64,000 nucleotides of DNA from Octopus sinensis (taxonomy: Eukaryota), in contig NC_043015.1 in NCBI RefSeq assembly GCF_006345805.1, forward strand, positions 29,450,001 to 29,514,000, in the 5' to 3' direction. How positions within the stretch are numbered: the stretch's first letter is position 1; the number at the start of each line of letters is the position of its first letter. A program made the translations under genes and the position numbers. Below the pieces are notes generated by a model, which saw only the letters and a program-made list of their open reading frames with translations, was not told where the DNA came from and made no database searches. Of this stretch, positions 27,240-40,254 are shown piece after piece.

Positions 27240-27562
27240 GGGCAGGCGTTCTTTCCTAATTTTTCTTCGCCCTTTTCTAGCCTAGCCAGGCTCATGGGCC
27301 CTGTTTCTGTGGCATGTGTGTTCCCCCCAGCTGGACGGGACGCCAGTCCATCGCAGCGTTACTCAAGAAACAGGAAGAGAGATTGAGAGAAAGTTGTGGC
27401 GAAAGAGTACAACACGGGTCGCCACCACCCACTGCCGGAGCCTCATGGAGCTTTTAGGTATTTTCGCTCAATAAACACACACAACGCCCGGTCTGGGAAT
27501 CGAAACCGCGACCCTCCGACCGCGAGTCGGCTGCCCTAACCACTGGGCCATTGCGCCTCCAC
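27240..27562 (-). mobile_element. tRNA-derived SINE (second family)
   Basis: Head GGCGCAATGGCCCAGTGGTTAGGGCAGCCGACTCGCGGTCGGAGGGTCGCGGTTTCGATTCCC with A and B boxes, followed by a non-tRNA body. Confidence 0.7.
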
Positions 27563-28319
27563 GTTCTTCCCAAATACTGAGAGTAAAGAACAGGTTTTGA
27601 ATTTAATAACTGCTGTCCTAAAACAGACAAGTTGGCTAAAAGCACGGCGTAGGAAAGTTGAAAAAATTATACCGTGATTACTAAACAAGCTAATAATAAT
27701 AGGAAGGGCGAAGACTTGCTACGTTGAAGATAATCTTTCGACATGGAGATTCCTTAGAAGGGCAACGTGAAATGAAGGTCTTGCTCAAGAGCACAACACA
27801 CCGTCGTCCGTTCTGAGAATCAAAAAATCACAATCTCGTGATCGTGAGTGCGACAACGCCTTAATTAATCAATAGGCCACACACACACAACCTCGAACAT
27901 TATCGTTTAACACCTATAACGCATTAAGCTGTATTAATTAGGAAATAGTTATTAAACAATTGGGTGTAACCAATACGGAAGATGGTCTTCCAGGGTAAAT
28001 ATAAACAAAGGTACTTACTTAATAGTTTTTGGGGGAGAAAATCGAAGTGATACTAGTGTAATAGCTGCAACAGTGGAGTACACACAAGAAGCATAAATAC
28101 TACGCCAAGTGTTTCGTCGAATAAACTTTACTTTCAGTTTCTGTTTACAATCAGCGATATGTGCACATAATCTCTGTACACACACGTTGAAGCAGCTATT
28201 TATGCATACATATACAATTATATATATACATACATACATACATATGAGAGGCATTACCACTATGTGGACACTCTAATGCTAGAAGTAGATCCGTAATAGT
28301 CGTACCACTAAGAAAAAAT

Positions 28320-28350
28320 ATATATGTGTGTTTGTATGTATATATATATA

Positions 28351-28421
<71 letters not shown>

Positions 28422-28446
28422 TGTATGTATATATATATATATTATG

Positions 28447-28495
<49 letters not shown>

Positions 28496-28670
28496 ATGTA
28501 CATACATACGTACATACATACACACATGTACATCTGCATACACACACTCACGTACACAAAAATATATGCACATGTATGTACACATGCACACATACATACG
28601 TTCATACATACATACACATACACACATACATACACACATACATACACACATACATACATACACACATATA
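28320..28670. repeat. Compound TA/TATG/TG/TACA microsatellite
   Basis: Direct reading. Confidence 0.95.
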
Positions 28671-28677
28671 TACAGTA

Positions 28678-29040
28678 GCTTGCTTACCAACCACATGGTT
28701 CTGGGTTCAGTCCCACTGGGCAAATGTCTTCTACTATAGCCTCGGGCCCACCAATGCCTTGTGAGTGGATTTGGTAGACGGAAACTGAAAGAAGCCCGTC
28801 GTATATATGTATATACATATATATATGCGCATGTGTGTTTGTGTGTCTGTGTTTGTCCCCCTAGCATTGCTTGACAACCGATGCTGGTGTGTTTACGTCC
28901 CCGTTACTTAGCGGTTCGGCAAAAGAGAACCGATAGAATAAGTACTGGGCTTACAAAAGAATAAGTCCTGGGGTCAATTTGCTCGATTAAAGGCGGTGCT
29001 CCAGCATGGCCGCAGTTAAATGATTGAAACAAGTAAGAGA
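28678..29040 (+). mobile_element. tRNA-derived CORE-like SINE, 5' truncated
   Basis: CCAACCACATGGTTCTGGGTTCAGTCCCACT...GTGAGTGGATTTGGTAGACGGAAACTGAAAGAAGCCCGTCG. Confidence 0.8.
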
Positions 29041-29049
29041 GTAAATGAG

Positions 29050-29600
29050 TACATACATACATACACACACACATACATACATACATTTATACATGCATAC
29101 ACACACATACATACATATACACATACACACACACATACATACATACATACACACACGTACATACACACACACATACATATATACACGCACACATACATAC
29201 ATACATACATATACACACGCACACATACATACATACATACATACATACATACATACATACATACATACATACATTTATACATGCATACACACACATACAT
29301 ACATATACACATACACACACATACATACATACACACACGTACATACACACACACATACATACATACATACACACATACATACATACATACATACATACAA
29401 ACATACATACATACACACATACATACATACATACATACATACATACATACACACATACATACATACATACATACATACATACACACATACACACAAACAT
29501 ACATACATACACACACACACACATACATACACACACGTACATACACACACTCATACATATATACACACACACACACATACATACATACATACATACACTA
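29050..29600. repeat. (TACA)n/(CA)n microsatellite
   Basis: Direct reading. Confidence 0.95.
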
Positions 29601-29883
29601 AGTATAAAGGAATTTTCATTATCTCCCCCCCCCACCTCATTTAAAATTTCAGGACAGATAGATAATATTGGGAATACTTCACAGTTTCGAATTCTTGCCT
29701 GTCATTTGTAATGTGAGAAACAGCAGATTGTTGACACAGAGTGAATGACTCAGTAATATCGACAATAAATACCTACAGCCCTATATAAATTTTATCAATT
29801 TATCTTGTATATTTTAAAGAGGTGGAGGCATTATCCCACATATATATATGTGTGTGTGTGTATGTATATATATGTATATATAT

Positions 29884-30688
29884 AACATTATTGGTGAATT
29901 GAAGAAATGGAGCTGAACGCAGATTGAACAGAAATCGTTTTATTTCATTCTACACGTGTTTCGAAAGGCACAAATTACCAAAATCCGATTGAATAATGGG
30001 ACCATGTTGTGTCTTTCTCTTCAGGAAGAAAATAGGAAATCCGTTGGAAAAACAAAAACAGAACAGAGGCGGAGCAAAAACAAATCGAATTATGCTCCTA
30101 AGAGCCCATGGCGAAACTGTTTATCAGTGTATGTTGAGAACCGGTGGCTGAAGAATTTAACGGGTCAGGCATCGGTCAATCATGTGGGTGAGGGTGTGTG
30201 GGTGTTCTTTGTGACCGAGAATAAAGTTCTGACTATTTAAGGAATATTGGATGTTTTATAAGGGGCGAGAAAAAATCTACTTAGAGACGTGTGTGTATAC
30301 TGTTCTATATATGTGTGTGTTGGCGTAGGGGTAGAAAACATTTTTTGTGTACGTGTGTGCGTTTGATCGTTCGGCTGTCAGTGGCTACTGCCGCGAGAAC
30401 CGTTGGGTGGCAGAAAAAATATATATATATTATGTTTTATGTGTGTGTGTGTTCATCTAAGCCTGCCTTGTCAAGGAAACCCCCCGCTGTGAAAAAACCA
30501 AGCCCCGTTTGTCTAACAGGAGTAATTCCCCTTGCAGTGGTTAATCGTAGATATCTTAAAGGCTATTTCAGAATTTGTTACCAAGGGCTATGGGTGCCGG
30601 TATTATTTATAAACGCTATTTAAAAGCCAGATAAGTGTAACGCCGCCAATGGGGGCATCGAAAAGCCGACTGTAAAAGCCCGTTTACC
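29884..30688 (-). repeat. Left (inverted) pseudo-LTR
   Basis: Near-exact reverse complement of 33198-34002; short duplication CCGACTGTAAAAGCCC at the inner junction. Confidence 0.92.
29941..30034 (-). ncRNA. Type I hammerhead ribozyme (left pLTR)
   Basis: Minus strand TATTTTCTTC-CTGAAGA-GAAAGACAC...GTGCCTTTC-GAAA-CACGTG-TA-GAATGAAATA; one stem I mismatch relative to the right copy. Confidence 0.8.
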
Positions 30689-30689
30689 G

Positions 30690-33270
30690 ACTGTAAAAGC
30701 CCATTTTCTTCCACGAGAACGAAGATCTAAAATCGAACCGGACAACAGCATCGTCCGAATACGGCCGGCTTTTTAAAACATTGGATACGCCGCCACCTAA
30801 CCCAAGACTGAAGAAGTTTGAGGACGACTTGTGGGACATAGTTAGAAAGATTAAGTTCAGGAAGTCACCCAGGAGAAATGCCCACCTCAGATACCTAGAT
30901 AAAATTACCAAGGACATTAATAGAACGGACGGAATCCTGGTCCAGTCCGACAAGACCAGGAACACATACAAGATGCCCATTAAGCAGTACCTAGATTTAC
31001 TCGGTAAAGAGATCAAGAAAAATTATAGAAAAACCAATTGGAGTACCCTGAGGAAGGTAAACTTGGAAATTAAGGAAATAATATTTAAACACCGAATTCA
31101 AATGAGAACTCAGCCGCTTAGCCCTAAGCAACCCAGATTTATAGTGAAGGACCATAAACCGAACTTCCATACCAACCAGCGCTAAGACTCATATGCCCTG
31201 CTAGATCTGATATCGGGATAATCAGTAAGTACATTTTAGATAAATATATCCCTAGTTTAGTAAACAAGCTGAAGCTCAGCCTCTGGGCCAACTCCTCGCA
31301 GGTAGTGAAGTGGTTCTCTTCCATCCCCAATAAGAACCGTACTAGGTTCATTCAGTTTGATATCGCCAGCTTCTACCCCTCGATTAACCCTAGTGTGCTA
31401 AATAAGGCCCTCTGGCATGCTCACAACAAGGCTGGCCTCACCAGAGAAGAGATAGATATCATTTTAGTTGCCAGGAAATCGTTATTAAGTTTGATAATAA
31501 GTTGTGGATCCGTAAAGATACTCCCAATGAATTTGATGTGCCTATGGGTAGTTCGGATAGTGCGCAGATAGCCGATTTGGTCGGAATATATATTCTCTAC
31601 GAATTGTCCGACCAATTCCCGGAGATCGCGGGCGGCCTGTATCGTGACGATTGTCTGTTTTACCTGCAAAACACCACGAACAGAATAGTGCAGAAAACTA
31701 AGAGCAGGTTAGCTAGGTTTTTTAATAGAATGGGCATGAGTATAGTTTTTGATAATGAACTCACCAAGGCTAATTTCCTAGACGTTACACTTAACCTTAA
31801 TAGCGACTCATACTGCCCTTACCATAAGCCTTCCACTAATTTGAAGTATGTCAGTGTCTTCTCAAATCATGCCAAAACCGTAACAGACAATTTGGTTAAA
31901 AACATCTCTCTAAGATTGTCTGGCTTGTCCGCCAGTGCCGATATTTTTATGCAGAAAGCGGAATCTTATAACGCCGCACTATCCAAGGCCGGTTATAGGC
32001 AGAAGGTAATTTATATTGATCCGGCCCTTCCGATGCCATCATTCGGTCATCAGGATAGGGCCGTATATAATAACATTAACATTTTAAGTAAGGACGGGAG
32101 CGCGGCGGATGCCGGGGTAGTCGCTCCCGCATTAATTTAGCGAACAAGGATAATTATCGGTCCGGGAGGTCTTACACTAACCCAAGACCCGTTATTCATC
32201 CGAGAATCACCCACCCGAACGCGAGAGCTGGCGTCCCGACCCATCACACTGATAGGAATAAGCATATATGGTTTGTAATTCCCTTTGGTAAGCAGATTAG
32301 AACTAACCTCCCCCTCATGTTTAGACAAGCCATCGCCAATAACTTCCCCAGAAATTCCAAATATTACTCCACGGTTAACTCGCATAAAGTTAGGATAGCT
32401 TTCTCCAACACTAAAAACCTCGCCCAGATAATCGCCTCCCATAATAATAGGCTACTTACTAAGACCCTATCACCTTTTTCCGGAGGCACAGCCTCTTCCG
32501 CTCCCGGTTTAATGCTCAGTAGGAATAATTATAGTAGTAATAATGATATGAGAGCCAGTACAGTGACACATAATCTCAGCTCCAGCCAGGGAGTACCCAC
32601 TAGGGGTATAGTTATAAATAGGGGTGTTGTGGTTGACGGTAACAATGGGAGTAGGGTAGAGAGCCCCAATAGCATCCCCAGCATCATTTCCCGCAATAGC
32701 AGCACCACGGGCAGTAGCAATGACAGCACCCTGATAGATAGTGGAGAATCAGGGGTTATTCCTATAGTTAATAGTGACGTAGTGGAAAATAGAGTAGTAA
32801 GCGGCTGCAGGTCTCGGAACGAATATAGTGACAGGAACGCAGTTCTAATTTCAGAAACTAATCCTAGCAGAATAAGATTCACGTCGGCGAACTCCAAGAT
32901 CAAAAACGCCGTCTACCAATGCAAGGTTTACACGGACTCAGATGTCTTCACTTATGTAGGGGCCTCATCCTCAAGATTGTCTTTGCGTGTCTCCAACCAT
33001 TACGCAACTTTTCGGGACATGAACAAGCGCCAGACCACGGGACTCAGTAAGCTAATATGGCGACTGAAGGATACGAACTTAAGCTACAGGCTGGAATGGT
33101 CAATTTTGTCGGTGGCCCTCCCATTTGATAGGGGCAGAAGGCAGTGCAACCTTTGTGTCTCCGAACTCTTCCATATTTTGTTTGCCAGAGGCCGGATGGT
33201 AAACGGGCTTTTACAGTCGGTTTTTCGATGCCCCCATTGGCGGCGTTACACTTATCTGGCTTTTAAATAG
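30690..33270 (+). pseudogene. Penelope-like pol (RT plus GIY-YIG endonuclease), 5' truncated, about 3 frameshifts
   Basis: RT motifs FDIASFYPSI, PMGSSDSAQIADL and YRDD; linker HIWFVIPF...IIASHN; endonuclease AVYQCKV...TYVGAS, CNLC, CPH. Confidence 0.9.
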
Positions 33271-34002
33271 CGTTTATAAATAATACCGGCACCCATAGCC
33301 CTTGGTAACAAATTCTGAAATAGCCTTTAAGATATCTACGATTAACCACTGCAAGGGGAATACTCCTGTTAGACAAACGGGGCTTGGTTTTTTCACAGCG
33401 GGGGGTTTTCCTTGACAAGGCAGGCTTAGATGAACACACACACACATAAAACATAATATATATATATTTTTTCTGCCACCCAACGGTTCTCGCGGCAGTA
33501 GCCACTGACAGCCGAACGATCAAACGCACACACGTACACAAAAAATGTTTTCTACCCCTACGCCAACACACACATATATAGAACAGTATACACACACGTC
33601 TCTAAGTAGATTTTTTCTCGCCCCTTATAAAACATCCAGTATTCCTTAAATAGTCAGAACTTTATTCTCGGTCACAAAGAACACCCACACATCCTCACCC
33701 ACATGATTGACCGATGCCTGACCCGTTAAACTCTTCAGCCACTGGTTCTCAACATACACTGATAAACAGTTTCGCCATGGGCTCTTAGGAGCATAGTTCG
33801 ATTTGTTTTTGCTCCGCCTCTGTTCTGTTTTTGTTTTTCCAACGGATTTCCTATTTTCTTCCTGAAGAGAAAGACACAATATGGTCCCATTATTCAATCG
33901 GATTTTGGTAATTTGTGCCTTTCGAAACACGTGTAGAAGGAAATAAAACGATTTCTGTTCAATCTGCGTTCAGCTCCATTTCTTCAATTCACCAATAATG
34001 TT
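33198..34002 (+). repeat. Right pseudo-LTR
   Basis: Contains the ORF stop at 33270 and a hammerhead motif; inverted copy at 29884-30688. Confidence 0.92.
33852..33945 (+). ncRNA. Type I hammerhead ribozyme (right pLTR)
   Basis: Stem I TATTTTCTTC/GAAGGAAATA (10 bp, one G-U); core CTGAAGA 33862-33868; stem II GAAAGACAC/GTGCCTTTC; GAAA 33924-33927; palindrome ACACGTGT; GUA cleavage triplet. Confidence 0.85.
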
Positions 34003-34155
34003 TTAATTTCAATTATCCGCACCAACGCACGGTTGCAACACCATATGGTTGTACCTCCAACCGTGCTGTTTACTGCTGTGATTTTTGCTACTAAGGTATC
34101 GGTTAAACTTTTGATTAATCTACTACAAGATTATTCATCTTTCTATTTCACATAA

Positions 34156-34187
<32 letters not shown>

Positions 34188-34247
34188 CATACGGTGGCAC
34201 GATATATATATATATACATACGGTGGCATGTATATATATATATATAC

Positions 34248-34556
34248 ATACGGTGGCACGTAAAAAGCACCATCCGATCGTGGCCGTTGCCAGCCTCGCC
34301 TGGCCTCCATGCTGGTGGCACGTAAAAAGCACCATCCGACCATGGCCGTTTGCCAGCCCCGTCTGGCAGCTGTGCCAGTGGCACATAAAAGCACCCACTA
34401 CACTCACGGAGTGGTTGGCGTTAGGAAGGGCATCCAGCCGTAGAAACATTGCCAGATCAGACTGGGCCTGGTGCAGCCTATGGGCTTCCCAGACCCCAGT
34501 TGAACCGTCCAACCCATGCTAGCATGGAAAGCAGACGCTAAACGATGATGATGATA
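34248..34556 (+). mobile_element. (GAT)n-tailed dispersed element with 2 diverged 67-bp-like units
   Basis: GGTGGCACGTAAAAAGCACCATCCGA occurs twice, then GGCGTTAGGAAGGGCATCC...AAACGATGATGATGAT. Confidence 0.85.
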
Positions 34557-34569
34557 TATATATATATAT

Positions 34570-34950
34570 AGGCACAGGAGTGGCTGTGTGGTAAGTAGCT
34601 TGTTTATCAACCACATGGTTCCGGGTTCAGTCCCACTGCATGGCACCTTGGGCAAGCGTCTTCTGCTACAGCCTTGGGCCAACCAAAGCCTTGTGAGTGG
34701 ATTTGGTAGACGGAAACTGAAAGAAGCCTGTCGTATATATATGTATGTTTGTGTGTCTGTGTTTGTCCTCCTAGCATTGCTTGACAACTGATGCTAGTGT
34801 GTTTTTGTCCCTGTTACTTAGCGGTTCGGCCAAAGAGCCGATAGAATAAGTACTGGGCTTACAAAGAATAAGTCCCGGGGTTGAGTTGCTCGATTAAAGG
34901 TGGTGCTCCAGCATGGCTGCAGTCAAATGACTGACACAAGTAAAATAGTA
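34570..34950 (+). mobile_element. tRNA-derived CORE-like SINE
   Basis: GGCACAGGAGTGGCTGTGTGGTAAGTAGC...GGTTCAGTCCCACTGCATGGCACCTTGGGCAAG. Confidence 0.85.
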
Positions 34951-35065
34951 AAGAGTAGTATATATATATATTGGCCTGCTCGCTTACCCAGTGGAGTGGC
35001 GTCATTTGAAGGCTAAAACAATGCGAAGCACATTGTGACCAGCGATGTATATATATATATATATA

Positions 35066-35856
35066 CAACAATTGAGGGTAAAATTAATTAATTATTAATC
35101 AATTTCGCCAAGTATTCAGTATGCAAAGGGACCATTTAAGGCGAATTCAAATTATTACATTATATAAAAGGGCTTAGTAAAATAAATTACTTTGCCACAT
35201 ACTGAACTCATTAGAAATAGCAGCCAAAAAAAATTTTTTTTAAACTATTTCTAATACTTAAAGAAAATCTCTCTCATATAGTGTTTTCTCAATTCAACTC
35301 ACGAAAGTATGGGGGTAAAGACATTAAAAAATCAAATGCAAAGGTTATTTGAGAACGTACGTTTCTAGATTAGTCAAATCGACATTTCTTTCGTCAGCTC
35401 AGAATTCCTTGGTTCGGATTTGGAAACACTGAAAATGGGAGCATACCCTTTCGGCTTCTTATCGTTTCTGAAGATCTGCTCGAACTATCAGTGCCAGCAA
35501 ATTCAAAATATGCAAGCGAAGAATTTCTGCTCTCCCCTTTCCACCAGCGTGGGTTAAAATCAGTAAACACTATGTTTTATCGGTAAAATCGAGAGAGATG
35601 AATTATAATTTCAACAATTGAGGGTAAAATTAATTAATTATTAATCAATTTCGCCAAGTATTCAGTATGCAAAGGGACCATTTAAGGCGAATTCAAATTA
35701 TTACATTATATAAAAGGGCTTAGTAAAATAAATTACTTTGCCACATACTGAACTCATTCTTTAAGTATTAGAAATAGTTTTAAAAAAAATTTTTTTTGGC
35801 TGCTATTTCTAATGAGTTCAGTATGTGGCAAAGTAATTTATTTTACTAAGCCCTTT

Positions 35857-35872
<16 letters not shown>
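35066..35872. repeat. ~550-bp unit repeat (about 1.3 copies, then an inverted segment) inserted in (TA)n
   Basis: ACAATTGAGGGTAAAATTAATTAATTATTAATC at ~35066 and ~35615; 35760-35872 is the reverse complement of ~35150-35260. Confidence 0.85.
35350..35401 (-). ncRNA. Type I hammerhead-like motif in the 550-bp unit
   Basis: Minus strand TGAG-CTGACGA-AAGAAATGTC GATTT GACTAATCTA-GAAA-CGTACG-TT-CTCA; palindrome AACGTACGTT; stem II imperfect. Confidence 0.55.
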
Positions 35873-35893
<21 letters not shown>

Positions 35894-35935
35894 CGTGATC
35901 ACCATGACTGACCAGGCCATCAGATGTTGCTGCAC

Positions 35936-35970
<35 letters not shown>

Positions 35971-36505
35971 TATACAAACATACACCTGCACACCTGTACA
36001 AACAGGTGCAGATTTATAGGGACTCAAAGAGGGCAATTATCCTGGGCACCTTTATTCTTATATAAATTATTACTTTAAAGGGTGCAAGAACATATTAAAC
36101 GTTTTTAGGGATGCGAAGCATAAAAAAGGTTGGGGACCACTGAACTATATGTATATATATATATATATATATACAAAATAAGAAAATGGAGAAATACACC
36201 TTAAACAATAATCAACTATCAGATAATACCCATTCACATAATTTATTAACCAACTACATATGAACATCAAGTTCAAACATAATAGTACAGAACAAAACAG
36301 TGCACATCAATGAGTAATATGATACAATAAGTATAATATGTATAAATAAATATAAATAAATATAAATATAAATATAAACTGTATCTTACAGCTGTTTCAG
36401 CCATGTAGATATGAGTATCTCATTATGCTCATATTAGCCAGGTGTGATAAGTTAGTATGTGGTTATAAATGAGACACTTACGTAAGTGTCTCATTTATAA
36501 CCACA

Positions 36506-36900
36506 CTAGCAGTATCACCCGGCGTTGCTCGGGTTTGTTTCGATCCTTTAGAATTGGAAATTTTTAAAAGTAAAAATTTTGCATTATGTAGCTTGTCATT
36601 CTCTTTAAGGGAACATTTTTCTGGTTGAAATACACCGAAAAATGGTGACACAGCAGTCAAAAAATCGTAAAAAATAGGGATTTTCATAGAAAAAAAAGCA
36701 CCTTTTTGATGTAAATAATTTTTGGTGTTAACATGGTCCGATTTGAATTTTTTCTTCTACAAAAGGAAGAGCAAGCCTTCTTCTATTATACTCTCAATTT
36801 TGGTCAACTAGCGCCGCCGGGTCTCGGAGGAGATAGTGTTAGTTGAAGGCTACCAAACCTGCCATACACAGACAACTTCAGCTTTATATATATAGAGAGA
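36506..36900 (-). mobile_element. Non-autonomous Helitron
   Basis: CTAG end, hairpin CCCGGCGTTGCTCGGG and TC...TATATATATAAAG start on the minus strand. Confidence 0.75.
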
Positions 36901-37819
36901 TTATGATGATGTATACCATATTGCTAACGTTGGAGTCGTAGTATTTGGCTGACTAGCCTCGCTTGTTTGTTGCTTCCACCTGCTATCACTTATTTCCAGG
37001 TGCGATGGCAGAAGATTGACAAGGTAGCATGTTTTTCTGAGTTAAGTCAGCTATGTATTTCTTATCTTGCCAACTTCAAATTGTTTACATTGGCACCTTG
37101 GTTACTCTGAAGATAATGTCGTACGAAGATATTTTTTTTTTCAAACTTTGCTAGAACTGCAAAGGATTAGAAACTAAGATGTATGTCAAGTCGAGTTATT
37201 CAATTGGGCAGATTAGTTCATGAGAGTGTTCTGTTACTGAGCAACTAACAACCGTTTGTTTTGCATAGTAACGAATTTTTGTTGCAACACCTATTCAACA
37301 ACAATGGTTGTGTGCATAATGGTTAATGCAGAACAAAATAAATAAATTATTTTGAATTCAATCCTTCGGCAAAAAAACCCAGTTACTATCCATCCGTCCG
37401 TCCGTCCGTCCATCCATCCACCCACCCAACTACCCATCCATCCATCCATCCATAAATAAATAGAATAAATAAATATATACATATACATACATACATACAT
37501 ACATACATACATACATACATGCATGTATGTATGTATACATACATGGTGGTTGTCTACTCCTTATGCACCATCTGTACCTACACCTTAGAACCATCATGGC
37601 ATCTGATGTGTTTTTTTAAACCACACAATATTTTGAAAGGACACCCATATAGATTGCATATCCGATTTGGACCACCAAGAACTGCAGTTAAATTCTGATC
37701 TTTGTGGATCGTAAAATGTCTTTTGAGGTCTCCGTTAGATTTGCAGACCTGTTAGATTTGGCATACATTGCATTGAATTTTCCATTTTCATTTATACATA
37801 CGTACATACATACATACAT

Positions 37820-38128
37820 ACATCATCATCATCATCATCATCGTTTAGCGTCCATTTTCCATGCTAGCATGGATTGGACGGTTCTACTGGGGTCTGTGAA
37901 GCCAGAAGGCTTCATCAGGCCCAGTCAAATCTGGCAGTGTTTCTACGGCTGGATGCCCTTCCTAACGCCAACCACTCCGTGAGTGTAGTGGGTGCTTTTT
38001 ACGTGCCACCCGCACAGGTGCCAGACAGAGCTGGCAAACGGCCATGAACGGATGGTGCTTTTTATGTGCCCCCGGCACGAGGGCCAGGCGAGGCTGGCAA
38101 CGGACACGAAACGGGGCGGTGCTGGCAT
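37820..38128 (-). mobile_element. (GAT)n-tailed dispersed element
   Basis: CATCATCATCGTTTAGCGTCCATTTTCCATGCTAGCATGG...GGATGCCCTTCCTAACGCCAACC. Confidence 0.85.
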
Positions 38129-38676
38129 ACATACATACATAAATACATATATACATAAATACATACATACATACATACATACATATTACTGTTTATGCAA
38201 TATGATTGGCCTGAATGTTACAGTGGGTTTCGTGCTGAATATTGCCACTAGACAACAGTGACAATTCTTTAAAATGCTGGTCAGAAGCGCATAGCCTCCT
38301 CTTTAGCGCTCGAGGCACATAGACCATAGATTTACTCGGCGGTAGCAAACGGGTGCAATGAAATTTTGGAAAAAATAGGGTTTTTTTTTTGTGGGGTTTG
38401 AAGAACTAATACAAAATCAAAATCAGGAGGAAGAAGGAAGTGTTATTCTATATGGATTGGTATTAGCCAAGGGTGAGGTGAGTAGTTTGTCTACGTATTG
38501 TTCGTATTGTTCTTTAGTTCAAAAAGGGACATGATCATGTCGACTAACGAGTTTGCGTTCATAATTTCATTTCCGAGTTCAGGAAAGCATCAAGAACGTG
38601 TGAATGTTTTATAATGATCCTATTCTCCGCCAAACAAAGTCTGCAGCACCTACATGTACGTAAGTTTATATCTATA

Positions 38677-38961
38677 CTAGCAGTATCGCCCGGCATTGCT
38701 CGGGTTTGTAAGGGAAATAACTATATAAGCATTTTTAGAGAGTTACTTCCCTTATATAATAGCAAAAAAATGCATTTAAAATGGAAAAAAAAATGATGGT
38801 AAATTTTTTTTTTAATCGTAGACTCATCGTAGACATGCGCTAATACCCAGAAGGGCTCAATATAAATCACGACTATAAGAAACTGCACCGCAAAATGTGG
38901 GAGTAGTTAGGAATCTAAATCGTAGGAGACAGACACACAACTTCACTTTTATATATAAAGA
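38677..38961 (-). mobile_element. Non-autonomous Helitron
   Basis: CTAGCAGTATCGCCCGGCATTGCTCGGG...TTTTATATATAAAGA; ends match 26036-26548. Confidence 0.8.
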
Positions 38962-39275
38962 TATTAACTTATAACACCTGGCTAATATGAGCATAATGAT
39001 GGGTTTAGTCAAACAAATCAAGGCTAGTATTTTTCAAGACTTGTACTTATTCTACCGGTCTATTTTGCTGAATGTAAACAAACCTCACCTGTTGTCAAGT
39101 GGTGACAAGGAGACAAACATAAAGGCAAGCCGATGTGCACATGCACACATGTATATACATGCATACATGTATATACATGCACAACAAGCTACCGCAGAGT
39201 TTCTGCAGATGAAATAATTAAAGAAATAACAATAAATGTATGATAAAATAGATTTATTTCTTTTTGCCCAACATT

Positions 39276-39461
39276 TTATAAAACCCTAACTTCCTCAGTA
39301 GAATTAATTCTAAAACCAACTTGTCCATCAAAAAAATGATGAATCTCAGGTTCCAAGATACAAATATATTTCCCAACTTTCAGTTGGTCCCAGGAAAAAT
39401 ACGGATAAGGATCTGATTCTTGGTGATAGAATATTAGACTACATATGCCACCTTCAATATC
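39276..39461 (-). CDS. Gene B last coding exon (phase 0 to stop)
   Basis: ttttttgcag|GAT; DIEGGICSLIFYHQESDPYPYFSWDQLKVGKYICILEPEIHHFFDGQVGFRINSTEEVRVL*; AATAAA about 18 nt past the stop. Confidence 0.8.
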   Translation of the reverse strand, partial: DIEGGICSLIFYHQESDPYPYFSWDQLKVGKYICILEPEIHHFFDGQVGFRINSTEEVRVL

Positions 39462-39487
39462 CTGCAAAAAGAAGAAAAGTTTATTAT

Positions 39488-39880
39488 TCATCATCATCAT
39501 CGTTTAACGTCCGCTTTCCATGCTAGCATGGGTTGGACAGTTCAACTGGAGTCTGGGAAGCCCGAAGGCTGCACCAGGCCAGTCTGATCTGGCAGTGTTT
39601 CTACAGCTGGATGCCCTTCCTAATGCCAACCACTCCGTGAGTGTAGTGGGTGCTTTTTATGTGCCACCAACACAGGTGCCAGACGAGGCTGGTGAACGGC
39701 CACGCTCCGATGGTGTTTTTACGTGCCACCTGCACAGAGGCCAGGTGAGGCTGGCACAGCCACGATCGGATGGTGTTTGTTACGTGCCACCAGCACGGTG
39801 GCCAGTCGATGTGGTGCTGGCTACGGCCACGTTCGGAAGGTTCTCTTATGTGCCACCGGCACTGGTACCACAAACTACAA
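39488..39880 (-). mobile_element. (GAT)n-tailed dispersed element
   Basis: Same family, with about 3 diverged internal units. Confidence 0.85.
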
Positions 39881-40254
39881 ATTCCATTGATGTGGATCGA
39901 TTTCAATTTTGATTTGATTCTTTGATTTTGATTTTGATTAATGAAAATTGAAGTCGTCGGCTAACAAAATCTTTAGCACACCAGACAAAATCAAAAGTAC
40001 CATTTCTTCTTTCTCTTTACATTCTGAGTTCAAATTACACTAAAGTCAATACTGTTTCCATCTTTTAGGGGGTAAATCAAGTACTACAGTCAATGTACTA
40101 GTTGACTTACCTTCAAAACTTCTGGCCTTGTGCCAAAATTTGAAATTATTATAAAATGAAAATATGCGTGTAACTACATTCACACATCTTTTTCTCTTCA
40201 TGTGTAATACCTACAGGCATCAGTGATCATAGACATTAGATTAAAATCTGGGCT

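Larger units (their letters stand above)
29884..34002 (+). mobile_element. Penelope-like retroelement (probably Neptune-like) with inverted pseudo-LTRs
   Basis: RT plus GIY-YIG coding region flanked by 805-bp inverted repeats (29884-30688 and 33198-34002) that include the ORF 3' end. Confidence 0.92.

Noticed and set aside
36380-36450. Minus-strand GAAACAGCTGTA, resembling the 3' half of a hammerhead with a palindromic stem III
   Set aside because: No CUGANGA core or stem I partner was found upstream. It may be a remnant but is unsupported.
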